From NCBI GenBank assembly GCA_965113315.1, contig OZ220365.1: DNA of 64,000 nt. The stretch is one strand, 5' to 3'. Origin of the DNA: Podarcis vaucheri (Eukaryota). Below, one piece after another: positions 37,931 to 52,549 of the stretch. The notes under the pieces were generated by a model. That model did no database searches. It had not been told where the DNA came from and worked only from the letters and a program-made list of their open reading frames with translations. Each line of letters begins with the position of its first letter. The first letter of the stretch is position 1. Made by a program: the position numbers and the translations under genes.

Positions 37931-40900
37931 CAACTAGATTAGAGCATGAGTAAATAAAAAGGCTTATTTATCTGTAATAATGGTTCTTTCAGTTGCCTTT
38001 AATGGACCGCCTCACAACTATTCTACTTTTTTCCTTTGAAGAAAATGGACAATGAGGTTTCTGGTTCTGTAGCAATGGGTTCAGGGCTGCAATTCCAGAT
38101 AAACACAAAGAATTAATTCAAAAGAAACAGCCCTCTTATAGTTGTAATGTATTGGTTTGCTGTAATGTTATTCTGCTTATATTTAGGGTAGCATGAAATT
38201 GTGGTTCAGCAAAATCTGCCTATTTTATCTGTTTTACAGATGTTATCCATTCAAACAAAGTTTACCATGTTAAGTAGTGATGTGAAAATGCTTCTAAATA
38301 TTTGCCATCATGCATAAGTTTAGCAATGTGCTCTACCATACTAGGACTAGTCTTTCATTCTGAATTCATGTTGTCAACCAGATGCCTGAGTATAGGAATT
38401 AGTTTTACTGTTGCCAGCAGTTCAGTAGCCTTTAATTCATAATGCTTTTCTCACAGTGCAAACCCTGGTTCTCTGTTTGAAAACTGACCCGCACTTCTAT
38501 TATTAGCGCAACTCTCCCATCCCCTTGAAGCTCTCTGCTGAATACATCTTTGCTGCTTTCTCTTTCATGGAATGGCAAGGGGAAAGCAGCATTTTTGTCA
38601 TGGCAAGCTTCTCCTGTTTGCATGAATTGGCAATGCGCTGCTGTGTTTTGCATGCTGCTGCTTCTGCTGAGTCAGCCCTAGACCATTGATTAGAGCTCTG
38701 TCTCCTCGTGATTCAGACCGCACTGCAGTAGTTTGCAATGCTTGACTGGGGATATTGTATGTATTTGTAAGTGCAGTTTTGTGTCCGTGTGTATCTGTAT
38801 GGCTGAGGCAGAATATTAGGAAAGAGAATGCTTGATCAGGTTTGAAAGTTGAAAGCAGCAGAAACCAAAACCCTAATTAAAGAAGATTATGTTTTTAATT
38901 GTTACATGACCAGGTTCCATCTAAAATTGGCACATCAGTGCAAATACTTAAAAATGTAGTTGCTGATACAGGCATTTTCTAATCTCGGTGCAACTATTGC
39001 TACATTTTGAAATATATATTGGAGCAGAACTGTTTTAATAAAATAGCCTCGTGAGTGCTGCATCTGATTGGAACATAGCTGAGTGACTTAGGTTAGACAT
39101 CAGTGCGTTGTTGCATACTATTAACAATATTGCATGAATAACTCAGGAATATAAATGGCAACAGATTGTGATTTCCATGTTTAAATGCTCATTGTCTGCA
39201 ACCAGAATGGCCAGTGCTAGTGCATTGTTTCTGATGCCGGCAGCCTGACCAAAGGCTAATAAAGATGTGGCAGAGAAGTTGCCCATACTGTGATACAAAT
39301 GGAAACAAAAGGTTTCAAGAGTTTAAGATAGATGCTACACGCTGTGTTTACACCTTTCTCTCAGATTTTGTTTGTTATGACCCCATTACGCTTGAGCTCA
39401 TGAAGTGATGAAAACCGAACTGCAAAATGTCACCAACTTTATTATGGTACTTGACCACTTGTGTGAAAGTCAGTTGTTGTGGGAAATATATTTTCAGTTC
39501 CGTGAGGAACAGCATAGTGTTGATGCTTCACAGATGAAAATAGGGACACTTTTATGTACTTGTAATACTGCTAATTATCACATCAAGGGTACCATCCTAT
39601 TTCACACACTCTATTGTATATTTTAGAAAGCTGTCCTTACTCTCTATATTAGAACTCTGTATGTGTTCATTTACTTTAGCCCACCCTGCACTGGTTTCTG
39701 AAGCAGATGTGTTAGTTAACTGGTCCTAAGATATTATGTTTAAAACAAAATGGTACAAATGTTAAGTCTCTCAGTGGAGATAATTGCATTTAATACGGAA
39801 TAGATACAACTCAAGCATAGTCAGCAACATTTGCTATCTTGAGAGTTTTTTTTAGGAGATAAAGGGGAAGTGGTAAATTGGCATTTTATATTTCTGCAAT
39901 TGAGAGAGAATCCACTGATCACATTATTTGAAAATCAGAATTGTGCTTCCTCTTCAAACTTTCTGGATGAAGAATGATAAATTTATAAAGTGGTGAGGCT
40001 GCTTTTGAAATGGCTCTGGCATCACTGTAGCCAGTTCAAACTTAGTTTCTAATAGCCAGGTTTAAACTCTGGGAACAATAGTTCTGTGAATTTGCAGCAT
40101 ACTTGACTAAGTATGGCATGATTGTATGAATCCTTTATGTCACCAAGTCCCCACCCCCCCAATTTCCCAGATCAGGTTTTTACAAAATAAAGGCCAAATG
40201 GGTTAATGTGCCTGTGAGCACATGTAGAAATAAGATAGGTATGGGCACCTGCCTTAAAGCATGGGGGAGGGAAGAACAATTCTGATGGCTAAACCACTGT
40301 GTAATTCGCTCATCTATACATCCACCTTGTAAGTTGCAAAGCTGAAAAACTCACACTGCCAGTAAGGATTCCATTGTGACCTCCCTTGAGCTATTGCTGC
40401 TGTCTTTGCCTTTTAGATACTGTGGGGTGTGTGGCTGTGTGGGTGTTGAATTCTAAAGAATGGCAACTCTAGTAATGCACTCTTAATTCTTTTTTAAATG
40501 GCGCCTCCAGTCTTCCCCAAATACAGATTGGGATGGTGAGTTGACAGGGACAGGTAGCAGGAAATGAGGGCTGTTCTAGATAAATAGGGGCTGTTAAGGG
40601 GGTGGAATAGAGTGGTCCCTGAGAATACAGACTTAGCCATACCCAATTCAGACAGAGACATAGGCAGTAATAGTCAAGACAAATGGTGAAAATCAACAGG
40701 GCAGAAATAAGAAATGATGCCAGTAAATTCAGGCTGAGAAAGTGTCAATGAGCATGTGAGTCGGGGAGATTATGTGGCTTTTACTGCAGCTCTTTCTGCC
40801 TGAAGACAGAAGGTTCTGTACTACCTCACACAGATCAAGCTCCAAAGTCTAAGCCCCTGTGTACCACCCAGGCATAAAGTATCTGCAAAGTGACCAGCTT

Positions 40901-40948
40901 TAGATAATTTAAGCAGTAAAGCCAAGGCATGTGCTGCAAGAGAAGGGA

Positions 40949-40960
40949 AATAATAATAAT

Positions 40961-40997
<37 letters not shown>
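40949..40997. repeat. (AAT)n microsatellite
   Basis: Direct reading. Confidence 0.95.
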
Positions 40998-40999
<2 letters not shown>

Positions 41000-42285
41000 G
41001 TTAAATTGTTGACCTGATTTCAATTCATTTCTGTTTTTATTTCTCTCCATTTTGCATTTTTATTGTCATGGTTTTCTTTGGGTTTCTCTTTGTTTTACAG
41101 TTCTTTTGGGCTCCTTTTTTGAGACTGTGTTTGATGCGTTGGCTTCCCATCCGCTGCTTGTAACCATCTCAGCCATGAGTTGTGAGTGAGCCATCATGAT
41201 GCTTCTTGGTTTCCCCCCACCCCCCTTTATTTTGTGCTTGCTTGTTTTAATTATTATTAGAGTTCTGAGTTCTCCTTTTGTTTTTGCTTTGGCTTTTGAT
41301 GGTATATACTCTTTTGCTTTTCAGGACTGGGACATGTCTCAACTCTTGATGTACAGGCCAAGAGTCTTCTGCATTCTGAGTTCAAAAAAAGTCCTATTCA
41401 GGTGTTCTGATCTCCCACACAAGGAGAATTGTATGTCTCTGTGTGGGCCACATGTGCTAACTCCACCACCACCATTGCCGTCTTTGTCACCCTCCATAAG
41501 TTAACCACCAAACACATGCAGCAGGGAGCCTGTTCTGTTCTTGTAGGCTCCCTGAAAATATTCAGAATCCTGGAACAAACACGGGTTCTAACTTGCACGA
41601 GGAACCTACTATGGCAGAAAAGCCTCCCTGCTTCCTTTCAGCTCACAGAGGGTGAGAGGGTGGTGGCAGAACTGTCACCCCCATTTTTCCGAATTACATA
41701 TGGGATGAGAACACCTCAATAGGGCTGAAGTGCTGGGTCTTTCTGAGATTGCAGTGGCTCAGGACTGTCCTGGATGGGGATTACTTGGAACTTAACGGCA
41801 GCCTCCCCCATTGTTGTACTTGACTCTTACTATTTATGGGAGAACAGAATATGACAACTCCTGTTTATAGCCATTAAGATTAATTCATTCTGAAGCAGAC
41901 AGCATGAAATCCAAGCTTTTTTAGTGGTGGAATCCTAACCATAACAGCAAGGGATGGTTCAACTGTTATGACAAAATAGCTGTATTGTTCTTTCCTTAGC
42001 ACATGCTTCTTTGTTTTCAACCCCAATGGGGACAAAATACTTCCTTTTTTGCTTAGTTTGCTTAGTAGTTGAGCCTGAATTATGAAATTTATTTATCTAG
42101 AAAAGACTTTTTGTGATAGTGCTTAATGATGGGAAGGGGAAGGTTACTATTTCAAATAGGCTATTCAGAACCCCTAATCTCCTAGTTTGGTGAGGAATTA
42201 CAATGGAGTTTATAACAACTGGGATATGAGTCAATGCAGTGGGGAATCAGTGCTTATGGGCAACCAGCAGGATCCTGACAATGAC

Positions 42286-42826
42286 CTGGTTCAAATGTAA
42301 CTATAAGCCAAGGTTTGTTTAACAAACTAAGTTAACTATGAATTATCCCACAGATGATCAAACAAACCAAGGCTTTTTTCTCCATAGCTTTACCATGTTT
42401 TATAGTTGCCCTTGCCTCATGTTTTATTTTTAGTTGAGGGTATGGGGTGAGATGGCCAAACAAACCATGGTTCTGTGCCAACTTTTTAAATGCCTGCTTA
42501 AAACTTTTCTATTCTGCCAGGCCAATCAGGTAATGAAGACTGCATCCTTCCACAATTGGTTAATAGATGTATATTTTAAACTTTTATATGGTTTGATATA
42601 TTTTTATGACATGGCGATATATAAATATTTTTATAACTCAATAAGGATGTCTTGTTTGCACATTATGCCAAGCCACAGTTAGAATAAACCAAGGTTTATT
42701 ATTATTTAAATAAGCCAACAAGCCATTGCTTCAGATCTGCTGGGTACAGTTGATGATGAAACAAACCATTGTTTAATAAGTAATAGTTTACTAAACCATG
42801 GCTTATTGTTATGTGTGAACCAAGCC
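42286..42826. mobile_element. old TIR-bounded element with internal aaaccatggtt-like repeats
   Basis: ggttcaaatgtaactataagccaaggttt versus the reverse complement of aaaccatggcttattgttatgtgtgaacc; L2-like tail piece at ~42480-42635 inside. Confidence 0.5.
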
Positions 42827-43107
42827 AGTGTGAATTAAGGTAATTAATTGGAACAGTTGACAGAAGCATCCTGTGTTATGCAACTATAATAATGGGTTTT
42901 TTTAAAGGGAAGATGAGGCTGACATGATCATTTTCTGTAGTCACTTAAAGGATTACAGAAACCATTTTGGACTTCTCACTTGCTCTGAAGTTTAATTGAC
43001 TTCAAACCGTTGGTTTTTGGTTTTCTTCAAAGATGAAGCTGGGCTCTGTCCACTCAAGGTGGAAGTATTCTCTTTTAGGGAGGGCTTATCCTTAGCAGAA
43101 TTTTTTT

Positions 43108-43148
43108 CAAACAAACAAACAAACAAACAAACAAACAAACAAACAAAC
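43108..43148. repeat. (AAAC)n microsatellite
   Basis: Direct reading. Confidence 0.95.
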
Positions 43149-43400
43149 TGTAATTAGATCTCTTGTAAGCACTGTGAAGTACAAGTGGCTTTTCCACTGT
43201 CATGTTTTAACTGCTCCTGAGGGGTTTATTCAAGGAGCAATTTTTAATGCCTAACCAAAATGCCTACCTAGGGCATCAGTTCAAGTTAACAAATGTAATT
43301 AAAGTGGTTTATGGCCCTGAGTGATAAATAAAACATTAACAGCTCTGCTAATTCTTAAGTTTGATGTTTAAGTTTAATTTTTCATTATCTTTCCCATTAG

Positions 43401-44815
<1,415 letters not shown>

Positions 44816-45427
44816 ATGGATAAACCTTTTTTAACTGAGTACACACAAGCAAAGGGTTTTATGAATATAGCATGGTCTTATGTAGGAGCACCACAAACTG
44901 TTTTTCAGACTTGGTGGGCAAAATACAGTGTCTAATGTTGAAATTCCAAGAAAGTATACCCTTATGAAACCTCTGCTCTTGTCCATGCAAATTGCCTGCT
45001 TGTGATTTCCTAGCATAAACACTGGCCTGCTAGATCACACCAAAAGTCCATCTAAGCCAGAACTCTGTTTTCATCAGTAGCCAGCTAGATGCCTCTAGAT
45101 GCTCACAGGAAGGGCAGGAGGGCCTCAGCTTTCCCCTGGCATTTGTTCCCAGCACTTGGTTCTCGGATGTTTGGAACATAGCAGCACTTACAGCTATCCT
45201 TGCCGGGTGTTGTAATGATAAAACAGTGCTTCGCTGTGATCGGTATTTAAAAGTCATCTGAGCTATTAGCGATCACTGTCTTATGGCTGTGCATAGATTT
45301 ATCATACATAGTTTGAAATAGTAGTAGTATTGCTGATTCCTCTGTGGAATATAGTTAAATACCAGGTCAGTATCATTTGTTAGCTGTTGTAGCTGAGACA
45401 GAATAGCAAATGGTACCCTGCCCACAG

Positions 45428-45800
45428 GGAATTGACGCTTTTGAATTATGGTGTTGGAGGAGACTCTTGAGAGTCCCATGGACTGCAAGAAGATCAAACC
45501 TATCCATTCTGAAGGAAATCATCCCTGAGTGCTCACTGGAAGGACAGATTGTGAAGCTTGAGGCTCCAATACTTTGGCCATCTCATGAGAAGACAAGATT
45601 CCCTGGAAAAGACCCTGATGTTGGGAAAGATGGAGGGCACAAGGAGAAGGGGACGACAGAGGACGAGATGGTTGGATAGTGTTCTCGAAGCTACCAGCAT
45701 GAGTTTGACCAAACTGCGGGAGGCAGTGGAAGACAGGAGTGCCTGGTGTGCTCTGGTCCATGGGGACACAAAGAGTCGGACACAACTAAACAACAACAAC
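45428..45800 (+). mobile_element. BovB/RTE LINE 3' fragment
   Basis: IDAFELWCWRRLLRVPWTARRSN and LQYFGHLMRRQDSLEKTLMLGK; (CAA)n tail; accctgccc at 45415-45423 and 45799-45807 is a probable TSD. Confidence 0.93.
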
Positions 45801-47779
45801 CCTGCCCTCCCCCCAAATCAACGTGCATGGTACCCAAGGCCAGCCAAGTTAGTTTAGCACTTGTGGCAGAATATATCACCGGCACCTCCCCCTAGCAGTA
45901 AAAAAACAGTAGTATACAATACTATAAAAATGCTGCTCTTTCATACCACCCAAAATTGGTTGCCCGAGCCATCCAGTTCACACTTCCTAATTTTTTAATG
46001 ACTCTTTGTCTGAAAGAAAATCCTTCTTACTCTAAGTTTCTATCTACAATAGCATTATCTAGTTTGTTAAGCTCTGCCAAGAATTGTCAACATTTTATAG
46101 TGCTTTTTGAATGTTCGGGGTATTTCAGATTATCCCCACATTGCAGAAGGGGAGAATGCAGACTGAGATAGAATAGCTTGCCCTGGGGTCACCTAGTGAA
46201 TTCATGGCTGTAGCAAGCTTTTAGTCACTGTGCTACATTTGCACTCAATAAGCTACCCACTGAAAGATGTAAAAGAGATGATATTTCGTACTAAAGACCG
46301 TACTTCTGCACAGAGTGAAATGATGTTCACATCTCTGCTCAGCAATTTCATCTTCCCTTTTGCTCAGAGCAATAATATCTTATTTGCTCTGCAGTGCCCC
46401 CAATTTATACTTTATCTTTTGATGGGCATGAGGAGAGGAAGGCATCCTTCATCTATGAAGTGGAAAATCCTGAAGGAAGACAATTGTTTCAAGCAATATA
46501 TCTGAATCTATGTTGTGAGAAGTAGTTCTGACATTGTGACATCACCTGTTTGTGGAACAGGGGAAGAGAGATTCAGAAATACAGAACATTGTTATTGTTA
46601 GTGGTGCTTTAGTCTGCATTATATTTCTAAAATGCCTTTTAACTCTAAGGTTCACAGGGTAATATACAGTACGGCACTAAAGATAGTATAGAGTTCAGCT
46701 TCATAGCGATTGCTTCTCAGAACGGAAAGTTAGCCCATAGACTGTATCCAACCTTGCAAGATCTTTTCTATGTGGCCAAAGACTTCCAAAATTTGTCGTT
46801 GAACAAGATTAAATTGCTTTTAGTTTATTTTTGAAATGACGGCTACTATAGTCCAGGGATGAATGGACTTATTCAGCCTGAGGGCTTCAGTCCTTTCTAT
46901 GCAGCCTTCTAGGGGCCACATGCCAGTGATGGATTAGACCGCAGACAATAGTGGGCAGTTCAATAAATGTAAAAGTTAACTTTGTATTCTGGGTTGGTTT
47001 CTACACACTCATATACTCTGTTCTATAAAAGTCATTATTGGAGTTTTAGGACATTTCTGAGCCATCTGTGTGTGACGCAAGAGGTGTGGCCTGGGGGAAA
47101 GCCCCCTGGGCCAGATAGAGAGGACGGAGGGCCAGATTTGGGTACAGGACCTGGTATTCCCACCCCCATTGTAAGCATTCCATACACACCATGTTTAAAA
47201 ACACTTACCATGGTTGTTGGCCTCTTTGCATGTGACATTAGCATGCTAGGATCATGCTAAGGCATGCACCTAGCATGCTAATGGCATGCTAATACATAGT
47301 AAGTGTCAAAAATATTAGAGCACATGGGAGATGCATACCTAGAAAAATATTTTACTGGTCAATCCACCTCCACAATTTCTGGCAGTTTGTCATCTATTAA
47401 TCATTTCCTGTAGCATACAGCTTTTGGTGTCGTTTAGGGCAAACGATTGGGTCCAGCCTGCAGGTAGACCACATGCTAAACTACAAGGCAATGTGGAAAT
47501 AGGTAGAGAGGACTTAATGAAATCCATAAATCTCACTCTTCAACTCTTCCCAATTTTAGTCATATCATGTGGCCTTCAAAAAAAAAAAAAAAAAAAAAGC
47601 TCTTTGACCTCAACCTCTTTGGGCCTCTGTAATTCAAATTTTGCTGAAGCCTCTTGTAAAGAGGTTCCATGATTGATATACAGGAATTCCTCACCAGACA
47701 ACGCAATGTAGAAAAAGTTCCCCAGAGACAGAAGGTTTGAAAACCATTACTCTAGATCTTTAACCTTGTGAGAGCCTGC

Positions 47780-48535
47780 TCTTTTTTAATATTATTTTTT
47801 ATTCATTTCTTTTTTAACACAATATTTCAGCATACCAATAACAAAACAAGTAAATTCTTTGCTCTACTGAGCTCGTGACTTCCCTCCATCCCTTCAACCA
47901 GTTTTTAATTTTCAAATCTTTGTGTTGTACTTTATATCCTCTACTTCAGACCTTTATATCCTTATGATCAACTCTGTCTCAATGGTCTATAAAGTTTTGA
48001 GAGTTACAGTTTCTTCGTTGCAGAATTTATATCAATCCCACTAGTGTCTTCACATTTTTACAATAATTATTCATATATCCAATAAATTTACTCCAATATC
48101 TTTGAAACTTTTGGTCGTCTTGGTTCTGGAGCCTGCCTGTCAGCTTGGCCAGTTCCGCAAAGTCCATAATCTTTGTCTGCCACGCCTCAATCATTGGTAG
48201 TTCCTGCAATTTCCATCTTTGGGCTAATAAAGTTCTTGCCGCTGTTCTGGCATACATAAATAGTCTTTGGTCTATAGTTGCAATTTCTTCTCCCATCAAA
48301 CCCAGCAAAAAAGCCTCAGGTTTTTTGGGGAAGGTATATCTAAACATCTTTTTTAGTTCATTGTAGACCAATTCCCAAAATACTTTTACTTTATCACATT
48401 CCCACCACACACTGTATGATAAAAATCTCCATCTTTCTCTCCACATTTCCAACATAGTTTGTTCCTCATCCTATACATATTGGCCAGTTTCACCAGTGTT
48501 AAATACCACCTATACATCATTTTCATTACATTCTG
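47780..48535 (-). mobile_element. L1 3' fragment (ORF2 C-terminus + 3'UTR)
   Basis: MKMMYRWYLT...CWKCGEKDGDFYH, KKPEAFLLG; T-rich tail at ~47780-47815. Confidence 0.9.
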
Positions 48536-48612
48536 TGAGCCTGCTCTTAATTGTATGTTCAGTGGATTTGTCATCAACTGGATTATAGGGCAGCAGTCAC
48601 CTGCTCTGCTGA

Positions 48613-49163
<551 letters not shown>

Positions 49164-49480
49164 TGATCAAAATGGAAGCAGCATATTTGTCCCTTCCCAA
49201 GATTGCAGTTATTCCGAAACTGTAGATTATATCCATTTGTTTTGTTTCAAAGGAGTATTAAGTCCTACGACAATACTTTTTGAGATGGTATCCAGCCATC
49301 CCCACAAACAGCTAATTAGGATGATTCAAATCCAGTTCGTTTGCTAAAACATGATTTGAGGAATGTACAAATGGATTAATAGAATGATTTACGGTATATT
49401 TTATGAGTTGTGTGTGCAACACCTTTGATGGTAACAAATGAATTCTTACACTGATATATCTAGACTGTTTTTCACTATCA

Positions 49481-49620
49481 TAGGTGTGGGGAACTTTTGG
49501 CCCTCCAGAAGTTGATCAACTATAGCTCAGCATTGTAACCATTGCCCCGTGCTTTCTGGGACTGACCGGAGCTGTAGTTCAGCGACATCTGGAGGGCCAA
49601 ATGTCCCATCCACCCCCGTC
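49481..49620. mobile_element. palindromic hAT-like MITE (ccctccagatgttg family; relatives at ~9900-10010 and ~12340-12430)
   Basis: ttggccctccaga ... tctggagggccaa inverted arms. Confidence 0.65.
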
Positions 49621-50335
49621 TATGATGTATAGAAAAGAAAATGCTTGCGCACATTAGCCAATGGCTTAAAGGGCTTTCTCCCAGGATATTCAAATGCTGA
49701 AATGGATTGAGTTCCCTGCTATAGCTGGTCCCTGTGATCTGAAATCAGATTCTGAAATTACTCTAAGATTATTTTTCATACTCATGACTAAGGCAATATT
49801 ATATGGATTAGTGAACTGACCTCCCATTGTGCAGCGACTGTGCAGCAGCTAGATAACAGAATACACGGGTCATTTGCAAGTTGTTGTAGATTTTATTATA
49901 AGCAGCAAATAATACCTTTTGTACCACAGATTATGCCCAATTGTATATTTACCAAGTATACAATTAGGCTTTGCTGTTGTTGTCACTTGGGGATTCTTTG
50001 TGACTGGGAGCACGCCTCCCTTCCTCTCTTGTTGATTTCCCCCATTCAGAGCACCCTGCAATCCAAGCTTAAGATAAGAATCTTAGGGAGGTCGGTGCAA
50101 GCTGCATTGTCTGCTTGGCTCACAGTAGTACTTCAGGTTGGTGCACAAATGCTGAACCTTTAAGCAGGAGATGTTTCCTTTCAGACGTGCCCTGAGATGG
50201 CTTGCTTTAACCAGGGTTGACAGTATTTGGTGAAAGTTACATAAGATGGTTACCCCTGACAGTTGTTATATATTGTTCTACACCAGATGAAAATCGGAAA
50301 ACGCATAGGGAAATTCTTTTAAAAGATTATTTGAG

Positions 50336-50515
50336 GAGAGGCCATAGCTCAGTGGTAGAACACCTGTTCTACGTACAGAATGCTCCATCTCAAGTTCAGT
50401 CCCTGACAACGTCAGGTGAAAGGATCCGAACCCCTAGATTTCTGCTGCCCGTCAGAGTAGACAGTACTGGACTAGTTGAAGAAAAAGTCTAGTATGAGGT
50501 GGCTTTCTGTGTCCC
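50336..50515 (+). mobile_element. old tRNA-derived SINE
   Basis: A-box tagctcagtggtaga, decayed B-box, CR1-like tail (agtagacagtactggactag). Confidence 0.6.
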
Positions 50516-50573
50516 TGTTCTTTCTGACTGTGGATGAACATATGAACCTTATTATAATTTGCTTTTCTTCTAG

Positions 50574-50729
<156 letters not shown>

Positions 50730-50825
50730 TGAGTGACACATTCACAGCCTTTGGTGTTGTCAATATTTGCAGAATCTTACAAGAGGAATAAGTCATTCTT
50801 CAGGGACATTATTTTTTATTATATA

Positions 50826-51194
50826 GGGACGCGGGTGGCGCTGTGGGTTAAAGCCTCAGCGCCTAGGGCTTGCCGATCGAAAGGTCGGCGGTTCGAATCC
50901 CCGCGGCGGGGTGCGCTCCCGCTGCTCGGTCCCAGCGCCTGCCAACCTAGCAGTTCGAAAGCACCCCCGGGTGCAAGTAGATAAATAGGGACCGCTTACC
51001 AGCGGGAAGGTAAACGGCGTTCCGTGTGCTGCGCTGGTTCGCCAGATGCAGCTTGTCACGCTGGCCACGTGACCCGGAAGTGTCTTCGGACAGCGCTGGC
51101 CCCCGGCCAATAGATGTGAGATGGGCGCACAAACCCCAGAGTCTGTCAAGACTGGCCCGTACGGGCAGGGGTACCTTTACCTTTACCTTTACCT
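50826..51194 (+). mobile_element. full-length young Sauria SINE
   Basis: gggacgcgggtggcgctgtggg head, ggttcgaatccc B-box, (ACCTTT)n tail, intact CpGs, tatata on both flanks. Confidence 0.93.
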
Positions 51195-51729
51195 ATATAC
51201 TGTTCGTTTTACAATGGCAAGAATTCCCAGAAGATAGTTTTTGGTTACAGTTCTGATAATGTCATGAATGTACATGAATATGATGTAATCCATTCATTTA
51301 AACAGTGTGATCTTGGACTGTCTCCTCCCACATCACAATATAGCCACTAGATGAGGAGATTCCGAGTACATGCACTCCTGTGGCATTTGGTGACATCATG
51401 TTCTGCCTGGGTTGCTGTATCCCATAAAGGCAGACTGTTGCAACATGCTCAGTGTGATAGTACATTATCCAGGATAGTGGTTGCTCTCTGGTGGGGTCTT
51501 TGTGGCACTGCCTTAGTACCATACTGTTTCTGAAGCAGAGTAAAATAAGGAAGATGGAGAAAGCCTAGCTAGGGAAAACCCCACCTGTCCTCCAGGCCAA
51601 ACCTTGGCTCTTGCCACCTCCATTCTTCAGCACTGTTCATGCCCTTCTGTAAGAAGAAAGCACTTTTTCAAATGGGCTGTAGAAGGCACGTTCAGGCCTA
51701 CACAATTTGGGAGCTTGTGTGACATTACA

Positions 51730-52203
51730 AGGCTTAGGACCTTGATACCTTAAGGACCACTGCTCCCCATACGAACTGGCCTAGACCCTGTGCTTGACAT
51801 CGAAGCCCTTCTCTATGTTCCCCCTCCCCGAGAGGTTTGGCGGGTGCCAACATGAGAACGGGCCTTTTTTGTGATAGCTCCCCATCTGTGAAGTGCTCTC
51901 CCCAGAGATGCTCATCTGGCACCATCATTACATGACTTTAGGCACCAGGCAAAAACATTCCTCTTTACCCAGGCCTTCATCCATTAAATAATCTATGGCC
52001 TGTTAAAGGGGGGGGGCTGTTATTATGATTATTTATTCTTATTATTATATTTATTACTAATGCTTTGTTTTATGTTTTTATTATGCTCTGTAAAATATGT
52101 TTTTAATGTTGTATTCTGAGATCTTTTGATAAAGGACAGTATATAAATCAAAGTGATGGTGATGATGATGATGATGATGATGATGATAATAATAATAATA
52201 ATA
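51730..52203 (+). mobile_element. L2-clade LINE 3' fragment with (GAT)n(AAT)n tail
   Basis: Homologous to 32160-32610 (cgggccttt...agctcccca...caggcaaaaa). Confidence 0.7.
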
Positions 52204-52270
52204 AAAAACAGAAAGCTGACTGCGGTATCAGGACCTTTTCAGCTGATGCTGTTGCTTGTCTCCCCTCTAG

Positions 52271-52490
52271 TGTGGTTAATGTCACTCCAGTTCCTGGAGA
52301 TTTACTTCGTGAGAACACGGAGGATGTTTTGCAAGGCGAGCACCTGAGCGACCAGGAAAATGCTCCCCCAATCTTGCCTGGCCGGCCAGCAGAAAGCTTA
52401 GGCCAGGCTCCAAACACTGCCTTCAATGAAGGAGAGGTTTGGGAAGAGACGGATGTGAACCGCAACAAGCTCAGGATCAGCATCAGCAAA
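52271..52490 (+). CDS. TTBK1: TTBK1 coding exon ([33 protein letters not shown]...[11 protein letters not shown])
   Basis: cccctctag|T GTG ... AAA|gtaaag; 220 nt, phase 2 to 0. Confidence 0.95.
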
Positions 52491-52549
52491 GTAAAGTCCT
52501 TTGATCCTTTTGAATGGGCACTGTTTCTTTTTCCTGCTGGTTTCTGTTA

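Noticed and set aside
50336-50420. tRNA gene
   Set aside because: Only the A-box survives; no cloverleaf, and it continues into a SINE body. The Sauria SINE heads are likewise tRNA-derived, not tRNA genes.
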